Source: Akkermansiaceae bacterium (lineage in GTDB: Bacteria > Verrucomicrobiota > Verrucomicrobiia > Verrucomicrobiales > Akkermansiaceae). From it: DNA of 64,000 bases. The number at the start of each line of letters is the position of its first letter. The first letter of the stretch is position 1. Shown here one piece after another: positions 60,651 to 64,000 of this stretch. The position numbers and the translations under genes were made by a program. The DNA lies in the NCBI GenBank assembly GCA_051251915.1, contig JBPOGF010000015.1:50951-114950 (forward strand). Reading direction: 5' to 3'. A model generated the notes under the pieces. That model was given only the letters and a program-made list of their open reading frames with translations. It was not told where the DNA came from and searched no databases.

Positions 60651-60824
60651 CTAAACTCCTATCCCTCCAAGAACGCCCTGACCTTCACCCGGAAGTCTAC
60701 GATTCCAAGGAATAGAACTCTCAGAAGACTGTGGCCCCTTATGCTGCGGCTTCTCAGGCAATGTCCCGCATGATGTACTAAGAACCGCCACTACTACCGC
60801 AAGTGAAAATGTAAGATATTTCAT
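60651..60824 (-). CDS. Small putative lipoprotein (57 aa), not in the ORF track
   Basis: Manual translation MKYLTFSLAVVVAVLSTSCGTLPEKPQHKGPQSSESSIPWNRRLPGEGQGVLGGIGV*; lipoprotein-type signal ending in Cys; starts 19 nt after the tsaA stop. Confidence 0.75.
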   Translation of the reverse strand: MKYLTFSLAVVVAVLSTSCGTLPEKPQHKGPQSSESSIPWNRRLPGEGQGVLGGIGV

Positions 60825-60843
60825 GGCCGCAATCTGCCACCAA

Positions 60844-61566
60844 TTACGACCCCGTGCAACTCAAAATTTTCACCACCCGTCCACTATTTCCACTCACAAC
60901 CTGCCAGCGCACATTCACCCCCGCGATCAGACAGCCATACTCCCGCTCATCATCATGATACGCCGGCCTAGGGTCCACAGCCACCGTCTCAGTGATCAAC
61001 TTCCTCATCTCCTCATTCACAACCACCCCCTCACACCACTCCACAGCTAAGCTCTCCGGAGCCCCATCCACATACCCAGACCTCAAAAAATCCTTACCCC
61101 CAGCATCAACCTCATCAACCGAAACAGAATCACAATACGGAATATAAGGCTTAATATCCAACAACGGCGTCCCACTCACCAGATCCACCCCACTCACATG
61201 CACTATATTACCCCCAGTGGCCGTCACCTCCACCCGTTCCAGCCGCACCAGCGATAACCCTATCGGATTAGGCCTAAATGGCGACCGCGAAGCAAATACC
61301 CCCACCTTCTCATTTCCCCCCAACCTAGGCGGCCGCACCGTAGCTTTAACCACTCCCGATGACTGCAAAGCAGACTCATGAAACACCCACAGCAACCATA
61401 AATGACTAAACCCCTCCAAACCACGAATAAAATCCGCACTCTGATAATCCACATGAAAAGATATCTTACCCCACGCAGCCCCCACCACCCCAGATTGCCT
61501 CGGAGTGCCAAACTTCTCATCATAGCAAGTCTCCACCCAGCCTATCTCTTGCACATTCATCGGCAA
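60844..61566 (-). CDS. tsaA: tRNA t6A37 N6-methyltransferase TrmO/TsaA
   Basis: KFGTPRQSG, GLEGFSHLW, VRPPRLGGN, GVFASRSPFRPNPIGLS, DIKPY. Confidence 0.93.
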   Translation of the reverse strand: MPMNVQEIGWVETCYDEKFGTPRQSGVVGAAWGKISFHVDYQSADFIRGLEGFSHLWLLWVFHESALQSSGVVKATVRPPRLGGNEKVGVFASRSPFRPNPIGLSLVRLERVEVTATGGNIVHVSGVDLVSGTPLLDIKPYIPYCDSVSVDEVDAGGKDFLRSGYVDGAPESLAVEWCEGVVVNEEMRKLITETVAVDPRPAYHDDEREYGCLIAGVNVRWQVVSGNSGRVVKILSCTGS

Positions 61567-61596
61567 TAAATATCAGTTCTCAGACTCACTACTAAG

Positions 61597-61692
61597 CTAA
61601 ATCTGCTCATTTATCAGAAACCAGATCGCTACCGCTAGGATCAAGGTTACTATCTTCGCTATCCAATTCTTCTCTTGTGGTCTCTTCTTCAT
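61597..61692 (-). CDS. Putative 31-aa CdaR/YbbR-like membrane-anchor peptide overlapping cdaA
   Basis: MKKRPQEKNWIAKIVTLILAVAIWFLINEQI*; resembles the N-terminal anchor of CdaR/YbbR and sits at the position cdaR usually occupies. Confidence 0.55.
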   Translation of the reverse strand: MKKRPQEKNWIAKIVTLILAVAIWFLINEQI

Positions 61693-62455
61693 TATCTTTT
61701 TCCTCCTCTTCTTCTGGCACGAAAATTTTCTCCAGCTTCTCTTTAAATTCACTCTCCTTAAGATTTCTCTCCAGCACCCCATTCATCGCTATAGAAATAC
61801 TCCCAGTCTCCTCACTCACCACAATACACACACAGTCAGACTCCTCAGAAAGCCCCACAGATGCTCTATGCCTCAGCCCCAACGTCCTATCAGACATCTC
61901 ATTTCTACTCAACGGAAACACACACCCAGCAGAAGCTATCCGGTTCTTAGAAACAATCACCCCACCATCATGCAGCGCAGTCATCGGGTAAAAAATCGTC
62001 ATGATCAACTCCGGTGAATACTCCGCATCCACAGCCACACCATTCTCAGAATACTCCTTCAGACTAATCTCACGCTCCAGCGCTATCAACGCCCCTATCC
62101 GCTTATGCGACAACTGCATCACAGCATCCGTCAACCCCTCGGCAAATTCTAACTGCTGAACATTCGAGAATGAAAAGAAACTCTCTCCCAACCGAGCCAA
62201 CGCCCGCCTGAGCTCCAACTGAAACACAATCACCAATGCAAACCCCACCCCAACCGCAGACCTAAGTAAAATCCACGCTATCACCTTCAAATCAAACAAA
62301 TAAGCCAACATCGTAACAACCGTCAAGATCATCACCACCCCAATAAAAATAAGCGCCCCCTTAGTAGCCCTAAACGCCCTATAAAGTTGGTACAAGCCAA
62401 TCCATAAGATCACAATCTCAATACCCGCTCGCCAATATTCTTCTATAAACTCCAT
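61607..62455 (-). CDS. cdaA: Diadenylate cyclase CdaA (DacA)
   Basis: Three N-terminal TM helices, FQLELRRAL, GALI, LHDGG, GLRHRA, VVSEETGSIS. Confidence 0.93.
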   Translation of the reverse strand: MEFIEEYWRAGIEIVILWIGLYQLYRAFRATKGALIFIGVVMILTVVTMLAYLFDLKVIAWILLRSAVGVGFALVIVFQLELRRALARLGESFFSFSNVQQLEFAEGLTDAVMQLSHKRIGALIALEREISLKEYSENGVAVDAEYSPELIMTIFYPMTALHDGGVIVSKNRIASAGCVFPLSRNEMSDRTLGLRHRASVGLSEESDCVCIVVSEETGSISIAMNGVLERNLKESEFKEKLEKIFVPEEEEEKDNEEETTREELDSEDSNLDPSGSDLVSDK

Positions 62456-62608
62456 TTATCTAACAACAACCTACCAGACCCCGTTGATTAGGACAATAGA
62501 GAAAAACTAACAACAACAATATTCACCTGATAAAATGCTTAACTCTCCTCTTTCTCACCTAGCTAAGTCAGCTACTCTGAAACAAAAAAACTCGATAAAT
62601 AACAATAA

Positions 62609-62642
62609 TATGAGGTGATCCCCCTCTGGAAATCACCTCATA
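62609..62642. terminator. Stem-loop downstream of the PEP-CTERM gene
   Basis: tatgaggtgat...atcacctcata inverted repeat. Confidence 0.6.
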
Positions 62643-62719
62643 ATAATTAGTATGTTAAGTCTATCAAAATTTGATTCACGCTAAAGACAAATCAAATCAA
62701 AACAGATAAAACTAAGCGC

Positions 62720-63553
62720 CTACCTCTTTCTTCTCCAGATGCAAAGGACACCTGACAAGCCAAGCAACAAAGCTGAAGACGGCTCAGGAACACTTTCAGT
62801 AGCACCAGCTGAAATTTCAGAAGCTAACTTAGTTTCAAGAGAGTTTTCAAAATCTGAAAATGAGCTAGCTGCTACAGTGAAGGCATTTACACCTCCTGCA
62901 CTACCACCTATCACATTATTTTGATAGTAAGTGTCTAAGCTACCACCAGCGTTACCAATCGGCAATCCATTGATCATATCTATACCTGCTACAAGAGCGG
63001 CATCTCTTGCATCACCAACACTATAAGGGGAACCAGCTACTGAGATACTATCATTCTCTTCTCCATCACCAGAAATATCAATGATTTGAGCAGCACTAGT
63101 GAAACCGTTATCTGCATTACCTGTCTCAATTCCAAACGTAGCTACTCCAGCATTAAGAGCAGAGGAAACCGCAGTAGAACCACTGTAAGACCTAGTGACG
63201 TTACTAATAGAAGTAGCAAATGCTTGAGAGCTCGCTAAATCACTAATTTGAGTCCAGTCTACAACCAGTTCTTGCTCGGCATTACCTGACCAGAACATTA
63301 AACCTACAGCGATACTACCTGTATCTCCAGATTGAATCTCATCAATAATATTACCATTAGTAAATGCGTTAACATATCCCTGCATCATCAGATCATATTC
63401 ACTATTACTAATACTACCTGATACATCCACTAGGAGTAACAATTCAGTATCAACCATAACCTGAGCACTTGCACTCATACTACTTAAACCAAGACCCATT
63501 GCTACTACAGCAAGTGACTTAGTTAATTTATATCTATATTTACTTTGTTTCAT
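62720..63553 (-). CDS. DUF1194 (vWA-like) PEP-CTERM surface protein
   Basis: Signal peptide; LLVDVSGSI MIDAS-like motif, IDISGDG; VPEPSS-TM-RRKR. Confidence 0.9.
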   Translation of the reverse strand: MKQSKYRYKLTKSLAVVAMGLGLSSMSASAQVMVDTELLLLVDVSGSISNSEYDLMMQGYVNAFTNGNIIDEIQSGDTGSIAVGLMFWSGNAEQELVVDWTQISDLASSQAFATSISNVTRSYSGSTAVSSALNAGVATFGIETGNADNGFTSAAQIIDISGDGEENDSISVAGSPYSVGDARDAALVAGIDMINGLPIGNAGGSLDTYYQNNVIGGSAGGVNAFTVAASSFSDFENSLETKLASEISAGATESVPEPSSALLLGLSGVLCIWRRKR

Positions 63554-63913
63554 TTATTTATTTATCTAATATTAAAATAGGGGGCGAGGAACTTATCATC
63601 ACAAAATATTCATTTGTGTTTACATAGATGACAATTAGATAATATTTATAATTTAGCAACCAATTACATCATTTTTGGTTAAAATGTAATTATTACTGAA
63701 GTTAATAGATCGAAAAAACAAAAAAACAAGAACCTTTCATCTACTTTAAATGAATAAGTTATAAAACAAATAAGGAGTTCAGTATTGTGATGCCAAATAA
63801 TATAATTAACATAAATTAAATATAAATAAATACTGATATTGTTGCAAAAAAGCAAACAAACATACCTTCCAAAGTCTAGACATTCTAAATGAGATTAGAA
63901 AACTACTTAATTG

Positions 63914-64000
63914 AACCTCTAGCAACCTCTAGCAACCTCTAGCAACCTCTAGCAACCTCTAGCAACCTCTAGCAACCTCTAGCAACCTCTAGCAACCTCT
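63914..64000. repeat. Perfect 10-bp tandem repeat (AGCAACCTCT)n, 8 full copies plus a 7-bp partial, running to the window edge
   Basis: Read directly from the sequence. Confidence 0.98.

Noticed and set aside
63914..64000. CRISPR array
   Set aside because: Head-to-tail 10-mers without spacers, and no cas genes.

Overview
Core-genome chromosomal segment, most likely from a verrucomicrobium (PVC superphylum). This is inferred from two PEP-CTERM proteins, a prenyltransferase-barrel membrane protein, cdaA, a long NusB and few Shine-Dalgarno sites. About 55 CDS are present: gcvT-H-P (gcvP runs off the left edge), class I fumarase and lipA, a TroABCD/MntABCD-type metal ABC operon, serA, gatCA, xth, truB/nrnA, a lone sdhB, ribH-nusB-aas, zwf-opcA, kdsA-lptC/A-lptB-hpf, rpoN, pnp, rpsO, tsaA and cdaA. 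RNA genes are tRNA-Val(GAC) and RNase P RNA. I saw no CRISPR array, integrase, transposase, prophage or recognisable defence system. Most notable: (1) a permease fused to a DtxR/MntR domain with a Sir/MntR-like operator upstream; (2) a signal-peptide protein with a restriction-enzyme-like PD-(D/E)xK motif coupled to a phosphoesterase; (3) a 31-aa anchor-only CdaR-like ORF overlapping cdaA, plus an unlisted 57-aa lipoprotein in the same run of genes; (4) five exact-period 47-aa repeats ahead of a Sel1 array; (5) an in-frame LptC-LptA-like fusion with an internal signal-peptide-like segment; (6) a perfect sigma54 site in front of rpoN; (7) a 10-bp tandem repeat at the right edge. All family calls come from reading motifs by eye; no database searches were run.
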